A stretch of DNA of 38,685 nucleotides, filler included, from an uncultured virus (IMG/VR IMGVR_UViG_2061766007_001950) (Duplodnaviria > Heunggongvirae > Uroviricota > Caudoviricetes). It is 6 parts of one record of this genome, joined end to end, with 100 filler letters (N's around TTAATTAATTAA, not from the genome) between each part and the next. Parts side by side here need not be neighbours in the genome. Positions count along the whole stretch, not along the records: positions 12,121 to 28,776 come from IMGVR_UViG_2061766007_001950; positions 28,877 to 37,498 come from IMGVR_UViG_2061766007_001950; 4 more parts are not named here. The stretch is one strand, 5' to 3'. The notes beneath the pieces were generated by a model. The model was not told the DNA's origin. It made no database searches and was given only the letters and a program-made list of their open reading frames with translations. Shown piece by piece: positions 19,605-32,380 of this stretch. Every line of letters starts with the position of its first letter. Position 1 is the stretch's first letter. Made by a program: the position numbers and the translations under genes.

Positions 19605-22600
19605 ATGGGATATACAAACAGCAAGCTGGTCGTCTACAAGAAGCTCTCTCCGAATCACTCCGGAAAGAGAACTCATGCCATCGACCGCATTACACCCCAC
19701 TGTGTCGTTGGCCAGTGTACCGCAGAAGGCCTCGGAAGCTGGTTTGTAAAGACATCCACTCAGGCTTCCAGCAACTACGGAATCGATAAGGATGGCCGCG
19801 TCGGGCTCTACGTCGAGGAAAAGAACCGCTCATGGTGCTCCTCCTCTAATGCCAATGACCAGAGAGCCGTGACGATCGAGTGCGCTTCCGATACCAAGGA
19901 ACCATACACGATGAACAGCAAGGTCTATGCGACGCTGGTCAAGCTCTGCGTGGACATCTGCAAGCGCAACGGAAAGAAAAAACTGCTCTGGATCAGCAAT
20001 AAGAGCAAGGCGCTGAATTATGTACCGAAATCTGATGAGATGATCCTGACGGTGCACCGCTGGTTTGCTAACAAGTCCTGCCCGGGCAACTGGCTCTACA
20101 GCAGNNNNNNNNNNAGAGGTCACAAAGCAGCTCGGCAGTTCCACTGCTTCAGGCCTGAAGGCATCCAGTCTTAAGGATCTGTCCGACGCGGATGTGATCA
20201 AGAAGGTCGGTGCTCTCTTCACTGCTGATATGAAGAAGTCCGGCATTCTTGCTTCGGTATCCCTCGCGCAGTTTATTCTGGAATCCGGTTACGGGAAAAG
20301 TGAGCTTGCGCAGAAAGCTAATAACTGCTTTGGAATGAAGAAGTCCTTGTCCGGTAACACCTGGTCCGGATCGACATGGGATGGCAAGTCTGTCTACACA
20401 AAGAAGACGCAGGAAGATGATGGTACCNNNNNNNNNNCTACGGCAAATCCGAGCTGGCGCAGAAAGCCAATAACTGCTTCGGCATGAAGAAGTCCCTGTC
20501 CGGCAACACATGGTCTGGCTCTGTGTGGGATGGAAAGAGCGTCTATACCAAAAAGACGAAGGAACAGAACAAGGATGGATCGTACACCACGATCACTGCC
20601 GACTTCAGGAAGTATCCGTCTGTCGAGGATTCCATTGCGGATCACTCCGCCTACCTGCTCGGTGCCAAGAATGGAAGTAAGAAAAGGTATGCCGGTCTGA
20701 AGGGTTGTAAGGAATACAAGAAGGCGGCAAAGATCATCAAGGACGGCGGCTATGCGACCAGCCTTACCTATGTCGATAAGCTCTGCAGCATCATCGAAAA
20801 GTGGAAGCTGACGCAGTATGATGTGAAGTCCGGTTCCTCTTCCAAGAAGTCCATCGACACCCTTGCCAAAGAAGTGATCGCTGGCAAATGGGGTAACGGT
20901 GAGGAACGTAAACAGAAGCTCACCGCTGCCGGATATGATTACAATGCCGTTCAGAAAAGAGTNNNNNNNNNNCGGCCGCGTCGGTCTTTACGTTGAGGAA
21001 AAGAACCGCTCATGGTGCTCCTCCAGTAACGCCAATGACCAGAGAGCCGTGACGATCGAGTGCGCTTCCGATACCAAGGAGCCGTACACGATGAACAGCA
21101 AGGTCTATGCTACACTGGTCAAGCTCTGTGTGGATATCTGCAAACGCAACGGTAAGAAGAAACTGCTCTGGATCAGCAATAAGAGCAAGGCACTGAACTA
21201 CGTGCCGAAGTCTGATGAAATGATCCTGACGGTGCACCGCTGGTTTGCAAACAAGTCCTGCCCGGGCAACTGGCTCTACAGCAGGCTCGGTAAGCTGGCT
21301 ACGGAAGTCACCAAGCAGCTCGCCGGATCAGCAAAGTCCTCCACAGGACTGAAGGCATCGAGCCTTAAGGATTTGTCTGATGCTGATGTGATCAAGAAGG
21401 TCGGCGCTCTCTTCACCGCAGATCAGAAGAAGTCTGGCATCCTTGCTTCCGTCTCCCTCGCACAGTTTATTCTGGAGTCCGGCTACGGCAAATCGGAACT
21501 GGCGCAGAAGGCTAATAACTGCTTTGGCATGAAGAAGTCCCTGTCCGGCAACACGTGGTCAGGCTCCGTCTGGGATGGCAAAAGCGTCTATACGAAAAAG
21601 ACAAAGGAACAGAACAAGGACGGTAGCTATACCACTATTACAGCCGACTTCAGGAAGTATCCGTNNNNNNNNNNATGCGCTGGTCAAGCTCTGCGTGGAT
21701 ATCTGCAAAAGGAACGGTAAGAAGAAGCTGATCTGGATCAGCAATAAGAGCAAGGCGCTGAACTATGTGCCAAAGTCTGATGAAATGATCCTTACGGTGC
21801 ACCGCTGGTTTGCCAACAAGTCCTGTCCGGGCAACTGGCTCTATAGCAGGCTTGGCAAGCTGGCCACAGAGGTTACAAAGCAGCTCGGCAGCTCCACTGC
21901 TTCAGGCCTGAAAGCATCCAGCCTTAAGGATCTGTCCGATGCTGATGTGATCAAGAAAGTCGGCGCTCTCTTCACTGCTGATATGAAGAAGTCCGGCATC
22001 CTTGCTTCCGTCTCCCTCGCGCAGTTTATTCTGGAGTCCGGATATGGCAAATCCGAGCTGGCGCAGAAAGCCAATAACTGCTTTGGTATGAAGAAGTCCC
22101 TGTCCGGCAACACATGGTCTGGTTCCGTGTGGGATGGCAAGAGCGTCTATACCAAAAAGACGAAGGAACAGAACAAGGATGGAAGCTATACCACGATCAC
22201 AGCCGACTTCAGGAAGTATCCTTCTGTTGAGGATTCCATTGCGGATCACTCCGCCTACCTTCTCGGTGCCAAGAACGGCAGCAAGAAAAGGTATGCCGGT
22301 CTGAAGGGCTGCAAGGATTACAAGAAGGCGGCAAAGATCATCAAGGATGGCGGCTATGCGACCAGTCTTACCTATGTCGATAAGCTCTGCAGCATCATCG
22401 AAAAGTGGAAGCTGACGCAGTACGATGTAAAGTCCAGCTCTTCTTCCAAGAAGTCAATCGATACCCTTGCCAAGGAAGTCATCGCTGGCAAATGGGGTAA
22501 CGGCGAGGAACGCAAACAGAAGCTCACCGCTGCCGGATACGATTACAATACCGTCCAGAAAAGAGTCAATGAAATGCTGTCATAATTCTTTCTCGCCGCT

Positions 22601-24227
22601 TGTGGNNNNNNNNNNNNNNNNNNNNNNNNNNNNNTACCTCCAGTGGATAGTGAAGAACTTTCAGAAGCACCCCATCAAAGTGCCCTCTGAATGTCCGTAC
22701 TACGAAGGAGGTGTCCTCATGACAGATACATTAAGCCCGGAAGTTAATTCTGCCCTCTCCGGTATAACAACAGATCGCTTTTTTACCCCGGAGCAGTTTC
22801 AGAAAGATATCGACTATTACCGCGCCCAAATCATCACAAAAGCCCTGCTTGATGCGGAGCTGATCAGCTTGGAAGAATACCACAAATTGAGCGAGCTGAA
22901 TGCGCAATCTTTCTCTCCGTTTCTCGTGGATATATTTCCTAATACCGTTGANNNNNNNNNNGAGAGCCGTAACGATCGAGTGTGCTTCCGATACCAAGGA
23001 ACCGTACACGATGAACAGCAAAGTCTATGCGACGCTGGTCAAGCTCTGTGTGGATATCTGCAAGAGGAATGGAAAAAAGAAGCTGCTCTGGATCAGCAAC
23101 AAGAGCAAGGCACTGAACTATGTGCCGAAGTCTGATGAAATGATCCTGACGGTACACCGCTGGTTTGCCAACAAGTCCTGCCCGGGCAACTGGCTCTACA
23201 GCAGGCTCGGCAAGCTGGCCACGGAGGTCACAAAGCAGCTCGCCGGATCAGCGACAAAGTCTTCAGGGCTCAAGGCATCCAGCTTTAAAGATCTGTCCGA
23301 TGCTGATGTGATCAAGAAGGTCGGCGCTCTATTTACCGCCGATCAAAAGAAGTCTGGCATCCTTGCCTCCGTCTCCCTCGCACAGTTTATTCTGGAGTCC
23401 GGCTACGGTAAATCCGAGCTGGCACAGAAAGCCAATAACTGCTTTGGTATGAAGAAATCCTTGTCCGGCAACACATGGTCTGGCTCCGTGTGGGATGGCA
23501 AGTCCATCTACACCAAGAAGACAAAGGAACAGAACAAAGACGGCAGCTACACCACCATCACTGCCGACTTCAGGAAGTATCCTTCTGTTGAGGATTCCAT
23601 TGCGGATCACTCNNNNNNNNNNNNNNNNNNNNNNNNNNNNNNNNNNNNNNNNNNNNNNNNNNNNNNNNNNNNNNNNNNNNNNNNNNNNNNNNNNNNNNNN
23701 NNNTTATGCGACCAGCCTCACCTATGTCGATAAGCTCTGCAGCATCATCGAAAAATGGAAGCTGACGCAGTACGATATAAAGTCCAGTTCTTCTTCCAAG
23801 AAGTCCATCGACACCCTTGCCAAGGAAGTGATCGCTGGCAAATGGGGTAACGGTGAGGAACGGAAGCAGAAGCTCACCGCTGCNNNNNNNNNNTGCATAC
23901 CTGCTCGGTGCCAAGAATGGCAGCAAGAAAAGGTATGCCGGTCTGAAGGGCTGCAAGGATTACAAGAAGGCGGCAAAGATCATCAAGGCCGGTGGCTATG
24001 CGACCAGCCTCACCTATGTCGATAAGCTCTGTAGCATCATCGAGAAATGGAAGCTGACGCAGTACGATGTGAAGTCTGGTTCTTCTTCCAAGAAGTCCAT
24101 CGATACCCTTGCCAAAGAAGTCATCGCTGGTAAATGGGGTAACGGTGAGGAACGGAAACAGAAGCTCACCGCTGCCGGATATGATTACAATGCTGTCCAG
24201 AAAAGAGTCAATGAAATGCTGTCATAA
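19605..24227 (+). CDS. Endolysin (Amidase_2, GH73 glucosaminidase, CW_7/Cpl-7) present as multiple allelic fragments
   Basis: ITPHCVVG, SSNYGI, VTIECA, HRWFANKSCPG; AQFILESGYG, NNCFGMK, GGYATS; SIDTLAKEVIAGKWGNGEERK..L...GYDY. Longest pieces are 19605-20104, 20973-21664, 21675-22585 and 22962-23612. Confidence 0.85.
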
Positions 24228-24398
24228 TTCTTCTCTCGCCGCTTGTGNNNNNNNNNNTCTGCGCCTGCAGGCGGCTCTTTTTTTTTTCGTCAAATCACCC
24301 TCCTTACCTCCAGTGGATAGTGAAGAANNNNNNNNNNTGGATATGATTACAACGCCGTTCAGAAAAGAGTCAATGAAATGCTGTCATAATTCTTTCTC

Positions 24399-24442
24399 GC
24401 CGCTTGTGGGCGCTGCGCCTGCAGGCGGCTCTTTTTTTTTTT
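24399..24442 (+). terminator. Intrinsic terminator after the endolysin
   Basis: GCCGCTTGTGGGCG-CTG-CGCCTGCAGGCGGC stem followed by a long T tract. Confidence 0.75.
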
Positions 24443-24822
24443 CGTCAAATCACCCTCCTTACCTCCAGTGGATAGTGAAGAACTTTCAGAAGCACCCCAT
24501 CAAAGTGTCCTCTGAATGTCCGTACTACGAAGGAGGTGTCCTCATGACAGATACATTAAGCCCGGAAGTCAAGTCTGCCCTCTCCGGCATAACAACAGAT
24601 CACTTTTTCACCCCGGAGCAATTCCAGAAAGATATCGACTACTACCGTGCCCAGATCATCACAAAAGCCCTGCTTGATGCAGAGCTGATCAGCTTGGAAG
24701 AATACCACAAATTGAGCGAATTGAACGCGAAATCTTTCTCTCCGTTTCTCGTGGATATATTTCCTAATACCGTTGATAATNNNNNNNNNNCACCTCCAGT
24801 GGAAAGTAAAGGAGGTGTTCTC

Positions 24823-25077
24823 ATGACAAATACATTAAGTCCGGAAGTCAAATCTGCCCTCTCCGGCATAACAACAGATCACTTTTTTACCCCGGAGCAG
24901 TTTCAGAAAGATATCGACTATTACCGCGCCCAGAAGATCACGAAAGCCCTACTCGATGCGGAACTGATCAGCTTGGAAGAATACCACAAATTGAGCGAAT
25001 TGAACGCGCAATCTTTCTCTCCGTTTCTCGTGGATATATTCCCTAATACCGTTGATAATACTGCGGTTCAGAGGTAA
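24823..25077 (+). CDS. SHOCT-like small protein upstream of the recombinases (alleles at 22719 and 24544)
   Basis: YYRAQKITKALLDAELISLEEYHKLSELN; GGAGGTG RBS. Confidence 0.7.
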   Translation: MTNTLSPEVKSALSGITTDHFFTPEQFQKDIDYYRAQKITKALLDAELISLEEYHKLSELNAQSFSPFLVDIFPNTVDNTAVQR

Positions 25078-25107
25078 TATACGACACTACCGAAGGGAGG
25101 TGAAACA

Positions 25108-28100
25108 GTGAAAAAGGTCACGAAGATCAAGGCAAAACAGGCTCCTACAGCGGAAAATGCTAAGCTCCGTGTTGCTGCCTACTGCCGCGTATCCACTGAT
25201 TCCGATGCGCAGCTTGAAAGTCTGGAAGCCCAGAAACAGCATTACGAAAGCTACATCGCCTGTCGGGATGACTGGACATTTGCAGGGCTCTACTACGACG
25301 AAGGTATCACCGGCACCAAGAAAGACAAACGACCTGAACTGATGCGGATGATCCGGGACTGCGAGACTGGCAAGATCGACTATGTCATTACCAAGTCCAT
25401 CAGCCGCTTTTCCCGGAATACAACCGATTGTCTGGAGATGGTCAGAAAGCTCCTCGACCTGAATATCCCGATCTACTTCGAAAAGGAAAACCTGAACACC
25501 GGCTCAATGGAAAGCGAGCTTTTCCTTGCGATCTTAAGCAGCATGGCCGAGGGCGAGTCTGTATCCATCTCGGAGAACAGCAAGTGGTCGATACAGAAGC
25601 GCTTCAAGAANNNNNNNNNNTTATGTCATTACCAAGTCTATTAGCCGCTTTTCCCGGAACACAACCGACTGTCTGGAGATGGTCAGAAAGCTCCTCGCAC
25701 TGAATATCCCGATCTACTTCGAGAAGGAAAATCTGAACACTGGCTCAATGGAAAGCGAGCTCTTCCTCGCTATTTTAAGCAGCATGGCTGAAGGCGAGTC
25801 TGTATCCATCTCGGAGAACAGCAAATGGTCGATCCAGAAACGCTTCAAAAACGGAACCTTCAAGATCAGCTACCCACCCTACGGCTATGATTGGGACGGN
25901 NNNNNNNNNCAGTGAAAAAGGTCACGAAGATCAAGGCAAAGCAGACTCCTGCAGCGGAAAAAGCTAAACTGCGTGTTGCTGCCTACTGCCGCGTTTCCAC
26001 TGACTCCGATGCGCAGCTCGAAAGTCTGGAAGCCCAGAAGCAGCATTACGAAAGCTACATCGCCTGCCGGGATGACTGGACGTTTGCCGGGCTCTACTAC
26101 GATGAAGGCATCACCGGCACCAAGAAGGACAAGCGGCCTGAACTGATGCGGATGATCCGGGACTGCGAGGCTGGCAAGATCGACTTTGTCATCACCAAGT
26201 CAATCAGCCGCTTCTCCCGGAATACAACCGACTGTCTGGAGATGGTAAGAAAGCTCCTCGCACTGAATATCCCNNNNNNNNNNAAATCCCGAGCAGGCCG
26301 AGAACGTTCGCTGGATTTTTGATCAGGTGTTGGCAGGCCGTGGAACACAGGACATCGCCAAGGATCTGAATGCTAAAGGAATCTGCACTAAGAAAGGAAA
26401 TCGCTGGACTGCACATACGGTACGTACACTGATCGTCAACGAGAAGTACACCGGCGATGTGATATTCCAGAAAACCTACACGGACTCACAGTTCAACCGG
26501 CATGTGAATTACGGCGAGAGAGATCAGTATGCACTGACTGATCATCACGAGGCCATCGTCAGCCGGGATGTTTTTGCGGCAGCCGGTGATGTGATCCGCC
26601 AACATAGCAAAGAGAAAGGTATTGTCAAAGGCTGCGGCAAATACCTGAACCGCTACTGCTTCTCCGGCAAGATCATCTGCAGTGAATGTGGCGACGTCTT
26701 CAAGCGCCGGACGCATTACTGCAGCGAGTATAAATACATCGTCTGGACTTGCAGCACGCATCTCGATGACAAGAGCAAATGCTCCATGAAGTTCATCCAC
26801 GATGACGCTCTGAAGGCTGCCTTTGTAACGATGATCAACAAGCTGATTTTTGCAAGGAAGCTGATCCTGAAACCTTATGTGCAGGCGCTGCGCAAGGGAA
26901 ACAACGACGATTCCCTCCACAGGATTCAAGAACTTCAGACCTTACTCATGGAGAACAGTCAGCAGAAAGAACGCCTGACCGGATTCATGGCNNNNNNNNN
27001 NGATTCCAGAACAGGCCGAAAACGTCCGCTGGATTTTTGATCAGGTGCTGGCAGGTCGTGGCACGCAGGACATTGCCAAAGACCTGAACGCCAAAGGAAT
27101 CTGTACTAAAAAGGGAAATCGCTGGACGGCGAACACGATACGCACACTGATCGTCAATGAGAAATACACCGGCGATGTGATATTCCAGAAAACTTATACG
27201 GACTCGCAGTTCAACCGGCACGTGAACAACGGTGAAAAAGATCAATACGCTCTGGCTGATCATCATGAAGCCATCGTAAGCCGAGAGGTTTTCGCAGCAG
27301 CCGGTGAAGTGCTCCGTCAACACAGCAAAGAAAAAGGCATCGTCAAAGGGAGTGGCAAATACCTGAACCGGTACTGCTTCTCCGGTAAGATCATCTGCGG
27401 TGAATGCGGCGACGTCTTCAAGCGCCGGACGCATTACTGCAGCGAATACAAATACATCGTCTGGGCTTGCAGCACGCATCTCGACGCCAAGAGCAAATGC
27501 TCCATGAAGTTCATCCGGGACGATGCACTAAAGGCTGCCTTTGTGACGATGATCAACAAGCTGATCTTCGCGAGGAAGCTGATCCTGAAGCCATATGTGC
27601 AAGCGCTGCGCAAGGGAAACAACGACGACTCCCTCCATAGGATTCAGGAGCTGCAAACCCTGCTCATGGAAAACAGCCAGCAGAAAGAACGTCTGACCGG
27701 ATTCATGGCGCAAGGCTATATTGACCAGATTCTCTATAACGAGGAGATGAACACCCTGCTCGCACAGGCTGACAGATACAACACNNNNNNNNNNGCGCCG
27801 AACGCATTACTGCAGCGAATACAAATACATCGTCTGGGCTTGCAACACACACCTCGACGACAAAAGCAAATGTTCCATGAAGTTCATCCGAGACGATGCA
27901 CTGAAGGCTGCCTTTATCACGATGATCAACAAGCTGATCTTCGCCAGAAAGCTGATCCTGAAGCCCTATGTGCAGGCGCTGCGCAAGGGAAACAACGACG
28001 ACTCCCTCCACAGGATTCAAGAGCTGCAGACCCTGCTCATGGAAAACAGCCAGCAGAAAGAACGCCTGACCGGATTCATGGCGCAGGGCTATATCGACCA

Positions 28101-28368
28101 GATCCTTTATAACGAGGAAATGAACACCCTGCTCGCACAAGCAGACAGGTACAATTCGGAAATCGAAATGCTGAGCAAGAGTGTCAAAGGCGACGCATGC
28201 CACATTCAAGCCGCAACTGCCCTGCTCCGCTTTACAGAGAGAAGATCCATGCTCGACTCTTTCGATGAGGAGTTGTTTGAAGAGACCGTGAGCCGCGTCC
28301 GGGTGCTCTCGAGGGAGAAGATCGCCTTTGAACTAAAATGCGGACTCACGCTTACAGAAAGGATGTGA
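25108..28368 (+). CDS. Large serine recombinase 1 (resolvase, recombinase and Zn-ribbon domains), multiple allelic fragments
   Basis: [48 protein letters not shown]. Confidence 0.85.
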
Positions 28369-28372
28369 AGAA

Positions 28373-28776
28373 ATGGGACATACTCCTTACGGTTACAGGA
28401 TCGAAAATGGGATCGCAGTCATCGACAATGATGCTGCAGACAGGCTCCGGAACCTTTATAAGAACTACCTCGCAGGTATGGGACTCATGTCGGCTGCTGC
28501 AGAGGTCGGGATCGAAGCCTACCACGGTAGCGTCAAGCGGCTCCTGAGTAATGAGCACTATCTCGGCGATGACTTCTACCCTGCCATCATCGATGAAGTA
28601 ACCTTTGACAAGGCGCAGGAAGAAATCACGAGGCGTGCGGAAGCCCTCGGCAGGAATGGCCGGAAGACAAAGCCACGGGAGATAAAGCCGTTCAGACGAT
28701 TCAGGCTCGGAGAGCTCACTGAACATTTTGACAGCCCGGTGCAGCAGGCAGAATACATTTACAGCCAGATTGAAAG
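28373..28776 (+). CDS. Short recombinase-domain protein (second gene of the triple module), partial
   Basis: MGHTPYGYRIENG..., YLGDDFYPAIID. Confidence 0.75.
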
Positions 28777-28876
28777 NNNNNNNNNNNNNNNNNNNNNNNN
28801 NNNNNNNNNNNNNNNNNNNNTTAATTAATTAANNNNNNNNNNNNNNNNNNNNNNNNNNNNNNNNNNNNNNNNNNNN

Positions 28877-29294
28877 CGACGCCATCAATCAGGTGCTCTG
28901 CCAGAAGAACGACTTCCTGAAAACCCTGCAGTCTAACATGAAAACGGCCATCACCGATCGCGACTCCCTTTCCCCGGAGGTCATCGACGCGAGGATGAAG
29001 GAACTACAGAAAGAGCTTCTGAAGAAAGCAAACCAGAGCGCAGACTACGATGCCATCGCTGATGAGATTCTCCGGCTTCGGGATATGCGCAAACAGTCCG
29101 AGGTCGATAGCGTCCTCCGGGATGACCAGATGAAACGAATCAAAGACCTGCAGGACTTCATCAAGAAGCAGTCTACCGACATCACAGAGTTTGACGAGGC
29201 ACTGGTTTCACGGCACATCGCCAAGATCACCGTCTTCGAGGATCACTTCATCGTCGACTTCAAGTCCGGGATCACAATCGATATCGAGGCATAA
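28877..29294 (+). CDS. Large serine recombinase 3, C-terminal fragment
   Basis: Coiled coil followed by EFDEALVSRHIAKITVFEDHFIVDFKSG, typical of the last gene of triple serine recombinase modules. Confidence 0.7.
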
Positions 29295-29296
29295 TA

Positions 29297-29334
29297 AGAG
29301 CTCCCCACCGCCGTGATTGGTAGTGAGGAGCTCT
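29297..29334. terminator. Probable bidirectional terminator between convergent operons
   Basis: AGAGCTCC...GGAGCTCT inverted repeat with an imperfect inner stem. Confidence 0.5.
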
Positions 29335-29351
29335 GGTCTGTCTCTTTTTTC

Positions 29352-29548
29352 TTATCTTCTTCTCTTCCTGCGAATTGCCACAATACATCCGATCAAAACA
29401 ATAATCGGGTGTAGATACCACAAAAGGTCAACCCCGCTTGTCAATACAATCAATCCAAACAGAGAGATAAAAGCTGTAATCAGATAACACGCCAACAGCA
29501 CTATACCTAAAACCAAGCCTGCCCTTCCTTTTCCCCATAGACAGGTGA
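29352..29548 (-). CDS. Membrane protein, C-terminal fragment
   Basis: Manual translation ..GLVLGIVLLACYLITAFISLFGLIVL..LHPIIVLIGCIVAIRRKRRR*. Confidence 0.55.
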
Positions 29549-29558
29549 NNNNNNNNNN

Positions 29559-29949
29559 ACTCTTGAAGCAGAGTCTCTTCTAAATAATCTTCCATCTCAT
29601 AGATTCCCCTGTACGGTTGTTCGATATAGTGTTTACTATCTTTATCGTAGTAGTAAACCACTGTTGATTCACCAACGGTATTGATGCTGATGGTTCCGTA
29701 GGCGTCAACATTCGTAGGCTGGTCATTTACGGATTCCAACCGAGTCGGTTCAGCTGCGCTTAAAGCAGTCATGACTGTCTCAATCTGATTGGCTTCTGTA
29801 ATATCGGCTTTAGCTCCGTCGAGCGTAATGACCTCTATACTTATGACAGCCTCATTGGATGGCAAATCTATCGGCTCAGCTTTCTTTCCACATCCAGCCA
29901 AAACTGTCAGAATACAAATCATTGTTATAATAAGGATTTTTCTATTCAT
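29559..29949 (-). CDS. Lipoprotein, DUF5301-like (3' end in gap)
   Basis: Lipobox LAGC; SVNDQP, YIEQPYRGIY motifs. Confidence 0.65.
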
Positions 29950-29952
29950 TTG

Positions 29953-30381
29953 TTAATATCCCCATGACATCAGCTTCCACTGACCACCGTCAGAACGTGC
30001 CAGCCACCATTGCCAATCAGTATACTCTTCATCTGCATTCCAAGCACCACCGCCTTCTTTTGGTGAATGGAAATTGCTCTTAAACATAATACACTGCGTG
30101 AATGTTTCTTTTGCATCATTTGCTTCTTCCAACTCATTCATCCACTTTATGTTTTCATCATTACATTCCTCATCTGTCCCATAGGTGATGCTGTGCAATT
30201 CACAGCCATCCCAAGTATCAAATTCCTTTTTTATCATCTGAATTGCTGAATCCATATCTTCTTTTGAATAGATCGAGGAATTGCCGTAATCTATTGCTAC
30301 TTCAGGCGAGGACTTCGCACCACATCCTGCCAACATAACAATACATACAACGGTGATCAATACTGCAATCAATTTTCTCAT
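29953..30381 (-). CDS. Lipoprotein, DUF4829-like
   Basis: Lipobox LAGC; YTDWQWWLAR..GGQWKLMSWGY C-terminus. Confidence 0.7.
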   Translation of the reverse strand: MRKLIAVLITVVCIVMLAGCGAKSSPEVAIDYGNSSIYSKEDMDSAIQMIKKEFDTWDGCELHSITYGTDEECNDENIKWMNELEEANDAKETFTQCIMFKSNFHSPKEGGGAWNADEEYTDWQWWLARSDGGQWKLMSWGY

Positions 30382-30686
30382 CGTTTCAGTTCTCCTATTA
30401 TCTCCCCGTTTTTATAAACCACCGGCGCAGGGTCTCCCTCTTCTGTTGTGTAGTCCGATCTCTCGGAAAGCATCTTCACCAGTTCGCTCTCGTCTTTGAC
30501 GAGTATGATTTTGAACGGATCGCCGAAAGCGATCTTCTCCACGAACAAATAGTCACTATCAACGGATTTGATATCTCTGCAATCAATCAGAATACCGGTA
30601 TGTCCAACGAATGCTGCCTCCTCCTCNNNNNNNNNNAGCTAACATAACAACACATATAACGGTAAGCAATAATGCAATCATTTTTC

Positions 30687-31590
30687 TCATCGTTTCAGTT
30701 CTCCTATTCTCTCCCCATTCTTATATACAACCGGCGCAGGGTCTCCCTCTTCTGATGTGTAGTCCGGTCTCTCGGAAAGCAGCTCTATCAGATCGTTCTC
30801 ATCTTTGACGAGTGTGATTTTGAATGGATCGCCGAAAGCGATCTTCTCCACGAACAAATAGTTGCTATCGACAGATTCGATATTCCTGCAATCAATCAGA
30901 ATACCGGTATGTCCAACGAATGCTGCCTCCTCCTCATAAGCCTTAAACAGGATGCTGATGACGGAGCATTTATCGCTTTCCACATTTATTCCATGTTTAC
31001 TCCAGTTTTCGGGTAGGGTTTCGGCAAACCCGTTCTTCGAGATTGCCATTTCGCCAAACATGGTAGTAAACAGCTGTTTCTTTTCCTTCAGTATGCTGTA
31101 CTCGTCTTTATTCTCTATCGCATCCATATCGAACATCAGGTAAGTGCCATTATAGTCTTCCTCAACACTGTCGTATTTGATCAGTTCACCTGCAAGCAGC
31201 ATGACTGTCATACGACAGTCGGCATCGGTAAAGCCAGACATTTCCGAAGCTTTCTCGGACGCACCNNNNNNNNNNGTAGTCTTCCTCAACGCTGTCGTAT
31301 TTGATCAGTTCACCTGCAAGAAGCATGACTGTCATACGGCAGTCGGCATCGGTAAAGCCAGACATTTCCGAAGCTTTCTCGGACGCACCAGATGCCGAGT
31401 CCTTAACCCATTTCTCAAACACATCCACATTGGAGAGACCTGCCTCATTTAGGATTTCGCACACCTGCGATACGTTTTCTTTTGTTATGTCGCCGGATTC
31501 GAGCGGCTTTCCCTTTCCCGAACTGCATGCTGCAAGCGCGGTTAGCACCAGAACCATAAGAAGGCTCAGTACGATCGATTTTCTACTCAT
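30687..31590 (-). CDS. Lipoprotein, DUF4300-like (allelic fragments; another C-terminus at 30378-30626)
   Basis: Lipobox LAAC; DCR, FVGHTGILI, YLFVEK..F..P motifs. Confidence 0.7.
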
Positions 31591-31627
31591 TCGTCCTTAT
31601 TTGACCTCATATCTTTCCAGCTCGGCT

Positions 31628-32380
31628 TTATTGGTCAGTAAAGTCTGCCAAATCAAGAAGATGAATATTTGATAGTTCAGACTTTCCATCCGGGTCTTCA
31701 TAAATCGTTACGATCATCATACTATCTGCACGTTCTTCTGATGAAGACTCGCCCTTGCAGATCAAGGCATAGTTATTACCGGCAACGACCTGGCTTCCAA
31801 GATAAGCAAGAGGGCTTACTTTGCTCCATATCCAGTCTACAGAAGCTGTTGCACTCTCATATTTCTCGTTGATATCTTTCGGAAGGCCAGCACCAGCGGC
31901 ATCTTCGGGAATACTCCATCCTCCCACAATGTCCATATCTGCTGCTTTATCTGCATCAGTGATCGATGTGCCATCTCCATCCGTAAACTCAGAAAGATCA
32001 AAGTCCTTTAGTGATAATAGTTCTGCATTTCCTTCAAGATCCGCATAGATCACAGCCATTTTATATGATGTTCCCTGATCCTTTGCAGATGTAGTCGCGC
32101 GGCAAAGGATCATATAATTCATTCCGGCAACTACTTGCGAGCCTACATATGCAAGCGGCTCCAAAGAGCACCCCGCAAGTGCCTCCGTGGCTTTATTGAA
32201 GGCTTTCTCTACCTCATCCGGGAGAAAGTCTTCGATTTTTTGATCGCTGATTGACCACACACCCGTTTCAGATACATCGTTTTTATCGCTGCTCGTTTCT
32301 TTATTACCCCCACAAGCAGTCATGCAAATAATCACAACAAAAACAAGCATTGATCTGAGAATCATCTTAGTACTCTTCAT
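31628..32380 (-). CDS. Lipoprotein with two tandem cystatin-like domains
   Basis: Lipobox MTAC; internal duplication G(V/G)WSI...LAY(V/L)GSQVVAG(M/N)NY..(L/I)C...IY.D..G; alternative start at 32392. Confidence 0.6.
   Translation of the reverse strand: MKSTKMILRSMLVFVVIICMTACGGNKETSSDKNDVSETGVWSISDQKIEDFLPDEVEKAFNKATEALAGCSLEPLAYVGSQVVAGMNYMILCRATTSAKDQGTSYKMAVIYADLEGNAELLSLKDFDLSEFTDGDGTSITDADKAADMDIVGGWSIPEDAAGAGLPKDINEKYESATASVDWIWSKVSPLAYLGSQVVAGNNYALICKGESSSEERADSMMIVTIYEDPDGKSELSNIHLLDLADFTDQ

Noticed and set aside
19605..24227. Genuine tandem array of endolysin genes
   Set aside because: The copies are partial, overlapping and gap-bounded, as expected for uncollapsed alleles.
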